From Actinomycetes bacterium (GTDB lineage: Bacteria; Actinomycetota; Nitriliruptoria; Nitriliruptorales; Nitriliruptoraceae), in NCBI GenBank assembly GCA_046566145.1, contig JBKHXF010000032.1:78036-142035 (forward strand): a stretch of DNA of 64,000 nt, written 5' to 3'. Shown here piece by piece: positions 45,863-55,770 of this stretch. A program made the position numbers and the translations under genes. Each line of letters starts with the position of its first letter. Within the stretch, counting starts at the first letter, position 1. The notes under the pieces are model-generated. The model was given only the letters and a program-made list of their open reading frames with translations. It searched no databases and was not told where the DNA came from.

Positions 45863-47008
45863 TTGGACCGCTGGATCTTCACCGAGGAGCACGACGCCTT
45901 CCGCCAGACGGTCCGGCGCTTCGTCGAGACCGAGATCGCCCCCTTCCACGACGCCTGGGAGGACGACGGCATCGTCCCGCGGGAGGTCTGGAAGAAGGCC
46001 GGCGCGCAGGGCCTGCTGTGCACCGACGTGCCCGCCGAGTACGGCGGCGGCGGGGTCCCCGACTTCCGGTACAACACGATCATCGACGAGGAGATCGCCT
46101 ACGCCGGCACCTCCGGCATCGGGTACGGGCTCCACAACGACGTCATCGTCCCCTACTTCCTCAAGTACGCCTCCGAGGAGCAGAAGCAGCGCTGGTTCCC
46201 GCCCATGTGCACCGGCGAGACCATCACCGCCATCGCCATGAGCGAGCCCGCCACCGGCTCCGACCTCGCCGGCGTGCAGACCACCGCCATCCGCCAGGAC
46301 GACGGCAGCTACCTCCTCAACGGCGCCAAGACGTTCATCACCAACGGCATCCACGCCGACCTCGTGATCGTCGTCGCCAAGACCGACCCGTCCGCCTCCC
46401 ACGGCGGGATCTCGCTGCTCGTCGTCGAGCGCGGCATGGAGGGCTTCGAGCGCGGCCGCAAGCTCGACAAGATCGGCATGAAGGCCCAGGACACCGCCGA
46501 GCTGTTCTTCACCGACGTGCGCGTCCCCGCCGAGAACCTCCTCGGCGAGGAGGGCAAGGGCTTCGTCTACCTCATGGAGGCCCTCCCGCAGGAGCGGCTC
46601 TCCATCGCCATCTCCGCGGTCGCCGGCGCCCGCGCCGCCCTCGACGTCACCCTCGCGTACTGCAAGGAGCGCACCGCCTTCGGCAAGCCCATCGGGTCGT
46701 TCCAGAACTCCCGGTTCATGCTCGCCGAGATGCGTACCAAGGTCGAGGTCACCCAGACCTTCGTCGACCGCTGCATCGAACTGCACGACGAGGGGCGGCT
46801 CACCGTCGACGAGGCCGCCATGGCCAAGTACTGGGCCACCGACGTCCTCGACGAGGTCGTCGACGCCGGCGTCCAGCTCCACGGCGGGTACGGCTACATG
46901 CGCGAGTACCCCATCGCCCGCGCCTACACCGACGCCCGCGTGTCGCGGATCTACGGCGGGACGAACGAGATCATGAAGGAGATCATCGGTCGGACGATGG
47001 GCGTCTGA
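45863..47008 (+). CDS. Acyl-CoA dehydrogenase
   Basis: 381 aa with TEEHDAFR, AMSEPATGSDLAG and IYGGTNEIMKEII motifs. TTG start with a GGGAG 6 nt upstream. Confidence 0.9.
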   Translation: MDRWIFTEEHDAFRQTVRRFVETEIAPFHDAWEDDGIVPREVWKKAGAQGLLCTDVPAEYGGGGVPDFRYNTIIDEEIAYAGTSGIGYGLHNDVIVPYFLKYASEEQKQRWFPPMCTGETITAIAMSEPATGSDLAGVQTTAIRQDDGSYLLNGAKTFITNGIHADLVIVVAKTDPSASHGGISLLVVERGMEGFERGRKLDKIGMKAQDTAELFFTDVRVPAENLLGEEGKGFVYLMEALPQERLSIAISAVAGARAALDVTLAYCKERTAFGKPIGSFQNSRFMLAEMRTKVEVTQTFVDRCIELHDEGRLTVDEAAMAKYWATDVLDEVVDAGVQLHGGYGYMREYPIARAYTDARVSRIYGGTNEIMKEIIGRTMGV

Positions 47009-47227
47009 CTCGTCGTCGGGTGACCGGTCGGCGCGGGCCCGCGGCCGCCGCGGCGCCACGGCATCGTCTTCGCCGCGCCTTGGTGCTCGGCCCCTGGGGG
47101 GCCTGCGCTCCGCTTGAGCGCGGCTGCGGCGACACCGCGGCGCCGCGGCTCTCGGCGTCCTCGGTCTGGGACTCGGCCGGCCTCGTCCTCCCTCCGGGGC
47201 GGGGGTGGGGAGGAGGGGCGAGGGGCC

Positions 47228-47815
47228 CTAGAGGTCGGTGGACCAGGGGTCGGTGGCGAGGGCGTCGGTGATGCGGGCGGCGGTGGCGTCGTCGCAGGTG
47301 GTGCGCAGGAGGCGGCCGGTGAAGCGGCGGAGCTCCGCGACGGCGTGGAAGACGTGGGCCTCCTCGACCAGGAGCAGCAGGGCGGCCTCGCCCTCGGCGA
47401 GCTCCTCGCCGAGCGCCTGGATGTCCTCGTCCTGGATGCCGATGTCGCGCAGCTTCGCGAAGATGCCGCCGGCGGCCGCGCCGACCGCCAGGCCCACGAG
47501 GGCGGCCGGGCCGCCGACGAGGATGCCGCCGAGCAGGCCCCACCAGCTGCCCGACAGCGCGCCCTGGGCCGTGGTCACGTCCTTGGTCTCCTGGACCCGG
47601 ACCTTCCCGCCCTCCTCCTTCGCGGCGATCGCGGCGTCCTCGAGCTTCAGCTTCCCCTCGGCCTGCAGGCGCATGGCCGCGAGCAGGCCCTCCTGGGCCA
47701 TGATGGGGCCGGGCAGGGCGATCGCGACGAGGTTCGCGCTCGACGTGTCCGTGTGGGTCACGACCTCGTCGGGCTCGGCGGCGCGGGAGGTCTCGGCGTC
47801 GAGGTGCTCGGTCAC
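47228..47815 (-). CDS. DUF1269 membrane protein
   Basis: Glycine-zipper segment GALSGSWWGLLGGILVGGPAALVGLAVGAAAGG. GTG at 47815. Confidence 0.7.
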   Translation of the reverse strand: MTEHLDAETSRAAEPDEVVTHTDTSSANLVAIALPGPIMAQEGLLAAMRLQAEGKLKLEDAAIAAKEEGGKVRVQETKDVTTAQGALSGSWWGLLGGILVGGPAALVGLAVGAAAGGIFAKLRDIGIQDEDIQALGEELAEGEAALLLLVEEAHVFHAVAELRRFTGRLLRTTCDDATAARITDALATDPWSTDL

Positions 47816-47926
47816 GGCAGGTCCTGGCGTGGTGGGCCGGCGCGCGACGGCCGGCGGGTGAGTCCACCGTAGCCCCGGGCCTACGCTCGCCCCCGACCCC
47901 GACCCCGCCCGTTCGGAAGAGCCGCC

Positions 47927-48694
47927 GTGGACACCCCGCTGCACGTCGAGATCCGCGACCTCGCGGGCGCGTCCGTCCGCGTGCTCACCATGCACCGGCC
48001 CGACGCGCGCAACGCCATGGACACCGCGATGCTGGTCGCCCTCGTCGACGCCCTCGACGACGCCACGGCCGACACCGGGCTGCGCGGGCTCGTGCTGACC
48101 GGCGCCGGCGGCACGTTCTCCGCCGGCGCCGACGTGCGCGAGCAGACGCCCGACGGGGGCCGCCGGCGCATGGAGCTGTTCACCACCTTCTACGAGCAGC
48201 TCTCGACGTTCCGCGTCCCGACCGTCGCCGCCGTCGAGGGTCCCGCCGTCGGCGGTGGCGCCGAGGCCGCGGCTGCCTGCGACCTTCGGGTGTTCGCCCG
48301 CTCCGCCCGGCTGCGGTTCCCCGGCGCCGTGTACGGCGTCCCCGTCGGCACGGCGCGCACCATCGGGCAGGTCGGCCTCGGCACCGCCAAGGACTGGGTC
48401 CTGTCGTCGCGGTGGGTCGACGCCCAGGAGGCGCACGCCAGCGGGATGGCCCAGCGCCTGGTCGACGACGGCACCACCCTCGACGCCGGGCTCGCGTGGC
48501 TCGCCGACGTGGTCCAGCGCGACGCCGACACCGTCGCGCTCCTCAAGCGGCTGTTCACCGACCAGGCCGGGGTGCGCGACCGGGTCGCGTACGAGAACGA
48601 CGTCCTGCGGGCCCACGCCGAGACCGGCGGGCTGCCGCCGGCGCTGGACCGCGACCTGCCACGGACCGTCCGGCCCAGACGGCTGGGGGGCTGA
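47927..48694 (+). CDS. Enoyl-CoA hydratase/isomerase family protein
   Basis: Crotonase fold motifs (VLTGAGGTFSAGADV, AAVEGPAVGGG). Confidence 0.85.
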   Translation: MDTPLHVEIRDLAGASVRVLTMHRPDARNAMDTAMLVALVDALDDATADTGLRGLVLTGAGGTFSAGADVREQTPDGGRRRMELFTTFYEQLSTFRVPTVAAVEGPAVGGGAEAAAACDLRVFARSARLRFPGAVYGVPVGTARTIGQVGLGTAKDWVLSSRWVDAQEAHASGMAQRLVDDGTTLDAGLAWLADVVQRDADTVALLKRLFTDQAGVRDRVAYENDVLRAHAETGGLPPALDRDLPRTVRPRRLGG

Positions 48695-48708
48695 CCCCCG
48701 ACCGGTAC

Positions 48709-48714
48709 TAGGCT
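48709..48714 (+). promoter_or_regulatory. -10-like hexamer TAGGCT upstream of glpX
   Basis: 56 nt upstream of the ATG at 48771. Confidence 0.35.
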
Positions 48715-48770
48715 CGGGGTCCGCCCCACGTCCACCCGCCCGCGCCCGGGCGCCGAGCCAGGACCGACCG

Positions 48771-49763
48771 ATGACCCCGCAGGAGCGCCCCGACCGCAAC
48801 CTCGCGATGGAGCTCGTCCGCACCACCGAGGCCGCCGCGCTCGCCGCTGCCCGCTGGCAGGGACGCGGACAGAAGGAGTCCGGCGACCAGGCCGCCGTCG
48901 ACGCCATGCGCCAGGTGCTCTCCACCGTCGAGATCGACGGCACCGTCATCATCGGCGAGGGGGAGAAGGACGAGGCGCCGATGCTCTACAACGGCGAGCG
49001 CGTCGGGACCGGGCACCCCCCGAAGGTCGACATCGCCGTCGACCCGATCGACGGCACCCGGCTGCTCGCCGAGGGTCGCAACGGCTCGATCGCGGTGATC
49101 GCCGCCGCCCCGGAGGGCGCGATGTTCGACCCGGGCCCGTGCGTCTACATGGAGAAGCTCGTCGTCGGTGCCGAGGCCGCCGACGTCGTGGACCTCGATC
49201 GGCCCATCGGCGAGAACCTCGCGGCCATCGCGAAGGCGAAGGACCGCGAGGTCCGCGACCTGACCGTGATGATGCTGGACCGCGACCGGCACGAGGAGGC
49301 GAAGCGCCAGGTGCGGGAGGCCGGCGCCCGGCTGCAGCTGATCATGGACGGTGACGTCGCCGCCTCCATCCTCGCGGCCTGGGACGAGCGCCCCTCCGTC
49401 GACGTCATGTACGGCATCGGCGGCACACCCGAGGGGGTCGTGTCCGCCTGCGCCGTCCGGGCGCTCGGCGGCGTCATCCTCGGCCGCCTGTGGCCGCGGG
49501 ACGAGGAGGAGCGTGCCGCCGCGCACGACGCCGGCTACGACCTCGACGCGGTGCTCACCACCTCCGACCTGGTCAGCGGGCCGGACACGTTCTTCGCCTG
49601 CACGGGCGTCACGCCCGGACAGCTGGTCCAGGGCGTCGCGTTCGACGGCCACGGCGCGCTGACGGAGTCGCTGGTCATGCGAGGCAAGTCCGGGACCGTG
49701 CGGCTGATCCGCGCCCGGCACAAGTTCGACAAGCTCAAGGAGTACGCGTCGGTCGAGTACTGA
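48771..49763 (+). CDS. glpX: Class II fructose-1,6-bisphosphatase
   Basis: DQAAVDAMR, IGEGEKDEAPMLY and VDPIDGT motifs. Confidence 0.92.
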   Translation: MTPQERPDRNLAMELVRTTEAAALAAARWQGRGQKESGDQAAVDAMRQVLSTVEIDGTVIIGEGEKDEAPMLYNGERVGTGHPPKVDIAVDPIDGTRLLAEGRNGSIAVIAAAPEGAMFDPGPCVYMEKLVVGAEAADVVDLDRPIGENLAAIAKAKDREVRDLTVMMLDRDRHEEAKRQVREAGARLQLIMDGDVAASILAAWDERPSVDVMYGIGGTPEGVVSACAVRALGGVILGRLWPRDEEERAAAHDAGYDLDAVLTTSDLVSGPDTFFACTGVTPGQLVQGVAFDGHGALTESLVMRGKSGTVRLIRARHKFDKLKEYASVEY

Positions 49764-49775
49764 GCCGCGCGCGTC

Positions 49776-50798
49776 TCAGGCGGAGCGACGCTCCACCACG
49801 GCCCCGTCCCCCAGGGCGGGGCCGCGTGCGTGCCCGAGGTGTCGGTGCAGGAAGTCCGAGACGACGTCGTGGATGTCGTCCGGGAACTCGATCAGGGCAC
49901 CGTGCGTCCCGCCGACCAGCTCCACCAGCTCTGCCACGTCGATGCGGAGCAGCATCGTCGTGCCGGCCTCCGGTGGGGTCCACGTGTCCGCGGAGCCGAC
50001 GAGCACGAGCGTCGGGACGTCGACCTCGTGCAGCCACGGCGACGCGTCGAACTCGTGCATGCCGCGGGCGATCTGCATCGCGACCAGCGGGTCGACCTGC
50101 GTGAAGTGGCGGAAGTACAGCGTCATCCCCTCGGCCGGCGTGTGCGGCCCCAGCGCCCGGATGAGCCGTGCGACGGGCATCGCGATGGGTAGCCGCATCA
50201 GGTCGGGGATGAGCTTCTGCACCGGCCGGGGGAGCAGCGGGAGCCCCAGGTAGGCGAACGGGAACAGGTACGCGCCGATGTCGGTCCCGTAGAAGTCCCG
50301 GAGCGGGCTGCGGTAGGGGCCGGTCACGCAGACGATCGCCGCGACCCTCGACGGGCGACCGTCCTCGGCGGCGAGGTCGCGCTGCTGCCGCCACGTCTCG
50401 AGCGCGACCTGCACGCCCATCGAGTGGCCCAGGACCGTCGCGTCCGTGACGTCCTCGGCCTCCATGACCGCCCCGACGTCGCCGGCGAACCGCTCGATCG
50501 TGTAGTCCTCGGCGCGGACCCCGCGGCCGAGCCACCCCGGCGGACGGGGGTCGGTCGAGGCGCCGACGCCCCGGTAGTTCAACACCGCCACGCGGTACCG
50601 GTCCAGCAGCGGCGGGGCCAGGTACTCCCAGAAGTTGTCCGGGCACATGAACCCGGCGCAGAGCACCAACCACTCGCCGTCGTCCGGGCCGAGCACGGTG
50701 TAACGGATGCGGGCCCCGTCGGGGGCGAGGACCTCGCGGTCCTTGGGCCAGACGTGGCCGCCACGGTCGCCGGGCCAGGCGGGGGCGTCGGTGGGCAC
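49776..50798 (-). CDS. Alpha/beta hydrolase
   Basis: GHSMG nucleophile elbow. GTG at 50798; the 409-aa ORF extends further upstream with poor coding character. Confidence 0.75.
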   Translation of the reverse strand: MPTDAPAWPGDRGGHVWPKDREVLAPDGARIRYTVLGPDDGEWLVLCAGFMCPDNFWEYLAPPLLDRYRVAVLNYRGVGASTDPRPPGWLGRGVRAEDYTIERFAGDVGAVMEAEDVTDATVLGHSMGVQVALETWRQQRDLAAEDGRPSRVAAIVCVTGPYRSPLRDFYGTDIGAYLFPFAYLGLPLLPRPVQKLIPDLMRLPIAMPVARLIRALGPHTPAEGMTLYFRHFTQVDPLVAMQIARGMHEFDASPWLHEVDVPTLVLVGSADTWTPPEAGTTMLLRIDVAELVELVGGTHGALIEFPDDIHDVVSDFLHRHLGHARGPALGDGAVVERRSA

Positions 50799-50835
50799 GG
50801 GGTACCTCGGGGCGGGGGCTCGGCAGGTCACGGGA

Positions 50836-50841
50836 AGGCTA
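50836..50841 (-). promoter_or_regulatory. -10-like hexamer TAGCCT (minus strand) upstream of the alpha/beta hydrolase gene
   Basis: 37 nt upstream of the GTG at 50798. Confidence 0.3.
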
Positions 50842-50918
50842 ACGACGTGGGTCCGGACGGGGCACGTTCGGACCAGCCGGTGGGTGGTCACCGGGCCGAC
50901 CGCCCGTCGTAACCCGGC

Positions 50919-50944
50919 GTTCACCTCGGGCCCGTTCCCTCCTC
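50919..50944 (+). promoter_or_regulatory. PHO-box-like half sites upstream of pstB
   Basis: GTTCACCTCGG and GTTCCCTCCTC lie 15 nt apart, which is not the canonical 11. A TACCCT -10-like hexamer lies at 50988..50993. Confidence 0.3.
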
Positions 50945-51007
50945 CTCGCACCCGTCGACGGACATCGGCGGGCCGCCGCTCACCCTCTACCCTCCGCGAG
51001 GGCACCG

Positions 51008-51871
51008 ATGGACCACACCGCCACCGAGCCGGAGCGCACCGTGCAGGACGACACGATGGCCACGGCCGTCCCCGAGACCGCCCCCGTGGCCTCGCCGGCC
51101 GTGTTCGAGCTCGACGACGTCGGGGTCACGTACGGAAACTTCCAGGCCGTCCGCGGGATCTCGTTCGACATCCCCCAGCACGAGATCACGGCGCTCATCG
51201 GCCCGTCTGGCTGCGGGAAGTCGACGCTGCTTCGGACCCTGAACCGGATGAACGACCTGGTCCCGGGCGCGAAGGTCAGCGGCCGGGTCCGCTACCACGG
51301 CCAGGACATCTACGGCGAGGACGTCGACCCCGTCGAGGTCCGCCGCCGCATCGGCATCGTCTTCCAGAAGCCGAACCCGTTCCCGAAGTCGATCTACGAG
51401 AACGTCGCGTTCGGCCCGAAGCTGATGGGCCAGACCAAGGGCCTCGACGACGTCGTCGAGCAGGCCCTGCGCGGTGCCGCGCTGTGGGACGAGGTCAAGG
51501 ACAAGCTCGGCGAGTCCGGGCTGTCCCTCTCCGGCGGCCAGCAGCAGCGCCTCTGCATCGCCCGGACGATCGCGCTCGAGCCCGAGGTCATCCTCATGGA
51601 CGAGCCGTGCTCGGCGCTCGACCCGATCGCGACCCTGCGCATCGAGGACCTCATGCGGGACCTCAAGCAGCGCTACACCATCGTCATCGTGACGCACAAC
51701 ATGCAGCAGGCCGCCCGCGTCTCCGACCGCACCGCCTTCCTGACCGTCAACATCGACGACCAGCACGGCGAGCGGACCGGTGAGCTCGTGGAGTTCGACC
51801 TCACCGAGAAGATCTTCACCCAGGCGTCCGACGAGCGCACCGAGGCGTACATCACGGGTCGGTTCGGCTGA
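51008..51871 (+). CDS. pstB: Phosphate ABC transporter ATP-binding protein
   Basis: [22 protein letters not shown] and the PstB-typical C-terminus YITGRFG. It has an N-terminal extension of about 30 aa; an alternative ATG lies at 51056. Confidence 0.92.
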   Translation: MDHTATEPERTVQDDTMATAVPETAPVASPAVFELDDVGVTYGNFQAVRGISFDIPQHEITALIGPSGCGKSTLLRTLNRMNDLVPGAKVSGRVRYHGQDIYGEDVDPVEVRRRIGIVFQKPNPFPKSIYENVAFGPKLMGQTKGLDDVVEQALRGAALWDEVKDKLGESGLSLSGGQQQRLCIARTIALEPEVILMDEPCSALDPIATLRIEDLMRDLKQRYTIVIVTHNMQQAARVSDRTAFLTVNIDDQHGERTGELVEFDLTEKIFTQASDERTEAYITGRFG

Positions 51872-51923
51872 CGCGTCCACCCCCGGTGGGTCGTGCGCGG
51901 CGCGCCTGACCCGCCGGGGGGAT

Positions 51924-51956
51924 GTTCCGGCCCCGTTCACCTCCCGTTCACCTCTC
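51924..51956 (+). promoter_or_regulatory. PHO box (three 11-nt direct repeat units) upstream of pstS
   Basis: Three contiguous units: GTTCCGGCCCC, GTTCACCTCCC, GTTCACCTCTC. A TAGCGT -10-like hexamer lies at 51984..51989. Confidence 0.7.
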
Positions 51957-52085
51957 GGCAAGTCGCCCTCCCCACGTCGTCCGTAGCGTCCCCGGTGTGC
52001 AACTACCGCGGTCGTAGGCATCGCCTCGACCCCCTCGCGGTCGCCCTGCGACCACCTCCCACCCACTCCACGAGGAGTCACCAAC

Positions 52086-53120
52086 GTGCTGCGTGACCTG
52101 AAGCGCACCCGCATCGCCGGCGCGATGCTCGCCGTCTCCCTGCTCGCCACCGCGTGCGGCGGCGGCACCGACACGGACACCGAGTCGACGGACACCGGAT
52201 CCACGGACGGGGCTGCCGAGGGCGGCGACCTGAGCGGCTCGATCGCCGTCTCCGGCTCGTCGACCGTCGAGCCCATCTCCGCGCTGAACGCCGAGCTCTT
52301 CGCCGAGCAGAACCCCGGCGTCGCGATCTCCGTCGAGGGCCCCGGCACCGGCGACGGCTTCGAGAAGTTCTGCGCCGGCGAGACCGACATCTCCGACGCC
52401 TCGCGTCCCATCAAGGACGAGGAGGCCGAGGCCTGCGCCGCCGCCGGCATCGAGTACACCGAGCTCAAGGTCGCCATCGACGGCCTCTCGATCCTGACCA
52501 ACCCCGCCAACGACGCCGTCGAGTGCCTGGACTTCGCGGCCCTCTACGCGCTGACCGGTCCCGAGTCGAACGGGTTCGCGACCTGGTCCGACGCGTCGGC
52601 CCTGGCCTCCGAGCTCGGGTCGTCCTCGACCCTGCCGGACGCCCCGCTGACGGTCACCGGCCCGGGCGAGGAGTCCGGCACCTACGACACCTACGTGGAG
52701 CTCGTCATCGAGGAGTTCAACGAGGACCGTGGCGCCGACGCCGCGACCCGTTCGGACTACCAGGCCTCCGCGAACGACAACGTGATCGTCCAGGGCATCA
52801 CGGGCGACGAGACCGCGCTCGGGTGGGTCGGCTACGCGTTCTTCGTCGAGAACTCGGACGCCCTCAAGGCGCTCGCGGTCGACGGTGGTGACGGGTGCGT
52901 CGAGCCCACCGACGAGACGCTCGCCTCCGGCGAGTACCCGCTGGCGCGTGACCTCTACATCTACGTCAACAACGCCAAGGCGGACGAGAAGCCCGAGCTG
53001 CAGGCGTTCGTCGACTTCTACCTCTCCGAGGACGGCATCGCGTCGGTGAGCGAGGTCGGGTACGTCCAGCTCGCCGAGGCCGACCTCGAGGCGACCCGTG
53101 CCGCCTGGTCGGGCCGCTGA
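52086..53120 (+). CDS. pstS: Phosphate ABC transporter substrate-binding lipoprotein
   Basis: Lipobox LLATAC, and GSSTVEP, GPGTGDG motifs of the PstS family. Confidence 0.9.
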   Translation: MLRDLKRTRIAGAMLAVSLLATACGGGTDTDTESTDTGSTDGAAEGGDLSGSIAVSGSSTVEPISALNAELFAEQNPGVAISVEGPGTGDGFEKFCAGETDISDASRPIKDEEAEACAAAGIEYTELKVAIDGLSILTNPANDAVECLDFAALYALTGPESNGFATWSDASALASELGSSSTLPDAPLTVTGPGEESGTYDTYVELVIEEFNEDRGADAATRSDYQASANDNVIVQGITGDETALGWVGYAFFVENSDALKALAVDGGDGCVEPTDETLASGEYPLARDLYIYVNNAKADEKPELQAFVDFYLSEDGIASVSEVGYVQLAEADLEATRAAWSGR

Positions 53121-53138
53121 CCCACCGCTGAACCACCG

Positions 53139-53166
53139 GGGCCGGGTGCGTGCACGCACCCGGCCC
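53139..53166 (+). terminator. Intra-operon stem-loop between pstS and pstC
   Basis: Perfect 28-nt palindrome GGGCCGGGTGCGTG/CACGCACCCGGCCC, 19 nt after the pstS stop. Confidence 0.5.
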
Positions 53167-53201
53167 GCGGTGCACCCTCACCCCCTACGCAGGAGGACGT
53201 C

Positions 53202-54122
53202 GTGGCAGCCCTGACCACGCCCGGACCCTCGCTCGCCGGTGATCCCCGCCGGCGGCGCAAGGAGCACGCCATCGCGCTCGGGTTCCGTGCCGTCGCCATC
53301 CTGTCGATCCTCATCAGCATCGGCATCGTCGCCTCGCTCGTCGGCGGGGCCGTTCGCTTCGTCGGCAGCATCGGCCTCTCCGAGCTCATCGCCTCCGGCT
53401 GGAGCCCTCGACGCAGCCTCTTCGACGTCCGCACGATCGTGGTCGCCTCGCTGCTGGTCACCGGCATCGCGATGCTCGTCGCCGTCCCGCTCGGCCTCGG
53501 CGCCGCGATCTACCTCTCGGAGTACGCCGACCGGCGCGTGCGCAAGGTCGTGAAGCCCATCCTCGAGATCCTCGCCGGCATCCCGTCGGTCGTGCTGGGC
53601 TTCTTCGCCCTGACGTGGATCAACCCCAACATCGTCCGGACGTTCGTCCCGTCGGCCGGGCAGTTCAACATGATCGCGGCGGGCATCGGCGTGGGCATCC
53701 TGACGCTGCCGCTGATGGCCTCCATCACGGAGGACGCGCTCTCGGCCGTCCCCGACTCGCTGCGTGAGGCCAGCTTCGGCCTCGGCGCGCGGAGACGCCT
53801 CACCACGCTGCGCGTCGTGCTGCCCGCGGCCATCTCCGGGATCGTCGCGGCGGCCATCATCACCGCGTCCCGCGCCATCGGCGAGACGATGGTCGTGACG
53901 ATCGCCGCCGGCGCCACCCCGGACCTCACCCTCGACCCGCGCTCGTCGTCGCCCACCATGACCGCGGCGATCGCGAACCTCGCGACCGGGACCGACCAGG
54001 TGGCCGGGGCCAGCAACGCGTTCGACTCGCTCTACTTCGTCGGCATGCTGCTGTTCGTCGCCACGCTCGGGCTCAACGTCCTCGGTGACCGCATCGTGCG
54101 CAAGTACCGGAAGGAGTACTGA
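53202..54122 (+). CDS. pstC: Phosphate ABC transporter permease PstC
   Basis: Six-TM permease with an EAA-like loop (EDALSAVPDSLREASFGLGARR). Confidence 0.9.
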   Translation: MAALTTPGPSLAGDPRRRRKEHAIALGFRAVAILSILISIGIVASLVGGAVRFVGSIGLSELIASGWSPRRSLFDVRTIVVASLLVTGIAMLVAVPLGLGAAIYLSEYADRRVRKVVKPILEILAGIPSVVLGFFALTWINPNIVRTFVPSAGQFNMIAAGIGVGILTLPLMASITEDALSAVPDSLREASFGLGARRRLTTLRVVLPAAISGIVAAAIITASRAIGETMVVTIAAGATPDLTLDPRSSSPTMTAAIANLATGTDQVAGASNAFDSLYFVGMLLFVATLGLNVLGDRIVRKYRKEY

Positions 54123-55045
54123 TGTCCGCGACGACAACCGCGGGCACGTTGAGCCGCCGGTCCGCCAGCACCCGCAGGGCGCTGCGGGGCGAGCTCGCCT
54201 TCCAGCTCGTCCTGCTGCTGGGCCTGCTGCTGGCCCTGGCCGTGCTCTTCGTCCTCATCCTCGACGTCGTGCTCGGCTCGCTGCCCGTGTGGCAGGACCG
54301 GGGCGCCGGCTTCCTCAGCTCCAACCTCAGCTCGCGAGCGAGCCGCACCGGGGTCGCCCAGGGCATCCGCGGCTCGATGATCATCACCCTCACCACCGCC
54401 CTGACCGCCGTGCCGATCGGCGTCCTGACGGCCGTCTGGCTCGAGGAGTACGCCCCCCGGACCCGCGTCACCCAGTTCATCGACATCAACATCCGCAACC
54501 TCGCCGGTGTCCCGTCGGTGGTCTACGGGATCTTCGGCCTCGCCGTGTTCGTCACCGTGCTGCGACCGGCGACCGGTGGGAGCTCGGTGCTCGCGGCCGG
54601 GCTGACCATGTCGACGCTCGCCCTGCCGATCGTCATCATCACCGCCGCCGAGGCCATCCGAGCCGTGCCGCAGAGCCTGCGCGAGGGCGGCTACGGGCTC
54701 GGTGCGACGCGCTGGCAGGTCACGCGGACCCTCGTCCTCCCCAACGCCATGCCGGGCGTGCTGACGGGGATCATCATCACCTTCGCCCGCGTCATCGGCG
54801 AGACCGCGCCGCTGCTGGTCGTCGGCGTCACGACGGGCTTCCTCGCCACCGGCGACCAGGGACTGCTGGCCGAGCTGCAGGGCGCCTACACCGCGCTGCC
54901 CGCGCTCGTGTTCCAGTTCTCACGCCAGCCCGGCAACGACTTCGTGAACCAGATCGCGCCGGCGACCATCGTGGTGCTGCTCGCGTTCACGCTGATCGCC
55001 AACGCGATCGCCATCGTCATGCGCAACCGCTTCGAGCAGCGCTGA
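54122..55045 (+). CDS. pstA: Phosphate ABC transporter permease PstA
   Basis: EAIRAVPQSLREGGYGLGATRWQ loop. The ATG overlaps the pstC stop. Confidence 0.9.
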   Translation: MSATTTAGTLSRRSASTRRALRGELAFQLVLLLGLLLALAVLFVLILDVVLGSLPVWQDRGAGFLSSNLSSRASRTGVAQGIRGSMIITLTTALTAVPIGVLTAVWLEEYAPRTRVTQFIDINIRNLAGVPSVVYGIFGLAVFVTVLRPATGGSSVLAAGLTMSTLALPIVIITAAEAIRAVPQSLREGGYGLGATRWQVTRTLVLPNAMPGVLTGIIITFARVIGETAPLLVVGVTTGFLATGDQGLLAELQGAYTALPALVFQFSRQPGNDFVNQIAPATIVVLLAFTLIANAIAIVMRNRFEQR

Positions 55046-55067
55046 CCGACACCGTCAGGAGACCACG

Positions 55068-55760
55068 ATGACCCAGGGGAACGAGCCCGAGCCGGTCCAC
55101 GCGACCCGCGCCGGCTTCCACCGGTCGCTCGACCAGATCGACGACGCCTTCGTCGAGGCGGGGGCCATCGTCGCCGAGTCGCTGCCACGGCTCACCCGGG
55201 CCTTCCTGGCCGGCAACCGGGAGTCGATCGAGGACGCCCGCGCGATGGCGTCCGACGTCCAGGGTCGGTGCCACCACGTCGAGGAGTCCGGCTTCGTCAT
55301 GCTCGCCCGGGAGGCGCCCGTCGCCGGTGACCTGCGCCGTCTCGTCGCGCTGCTGCGCCTCGTCGTCGACGTGGACCGCTCCGCCGCGCTGCTGAAGCAC
55401 GTCTCCGAGACGCTCGACCGCTTCGACCCACGCGACCTGCCCGAGGCGCAGCGCCAGCAGCTCACCGACCTCGGCGAGCGCGCCACCGACGTGTTCCGTC
55501 GGGGGCTCGACGCGTGGCGCAGCAAGGACGCGCTGGCGATCACCGAGGTCGACGTGGCGGACGAGGGGGTCGACCGGCTCCAGCAGGTCATCCTCGACCA
55601 CGCCGCACAGGTCGACAACGCCGGCGACGAGATGCTCGTCCTGGGCCTCATCGCGCGGTACTACGAGCGCATCGCCGACCACGGCGTGGCGCTCGCCCGG
55701 GACGCCACGTTCGTGGTGACGGGGGAACGGGTCACGCTGCCGAGTCGCAGCGACCGCTGA
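55068..55760 (+). CDS. phoU: Phosphate signalling complex protein PhoU
   Basis: 230 aa with two PhoU repeats (RYYERIADH motif). Confidence 0.88.
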   Translation: MTQGNEPEPVHATRAGFHRSLDQIDDAFVEAGAIVAESLPRLTRAFLAGNRESIEDARAMASDVQGRCHHVEESGFVMLAREAPVAGDLRRLVALLRLVVDVDRSAALLKHVSETLDRFDPRDLPEAQRQQLTDLGERATDVFRRGLDAWRSKDALAITEVDVADEGVDRLQQVILDHAAQVDNAGDEMLVLGLIARYYERIADHGVALARDATFVVTGERVTLPSRSDR

Positions 55761-55770
55761 GGGGGGCGAG

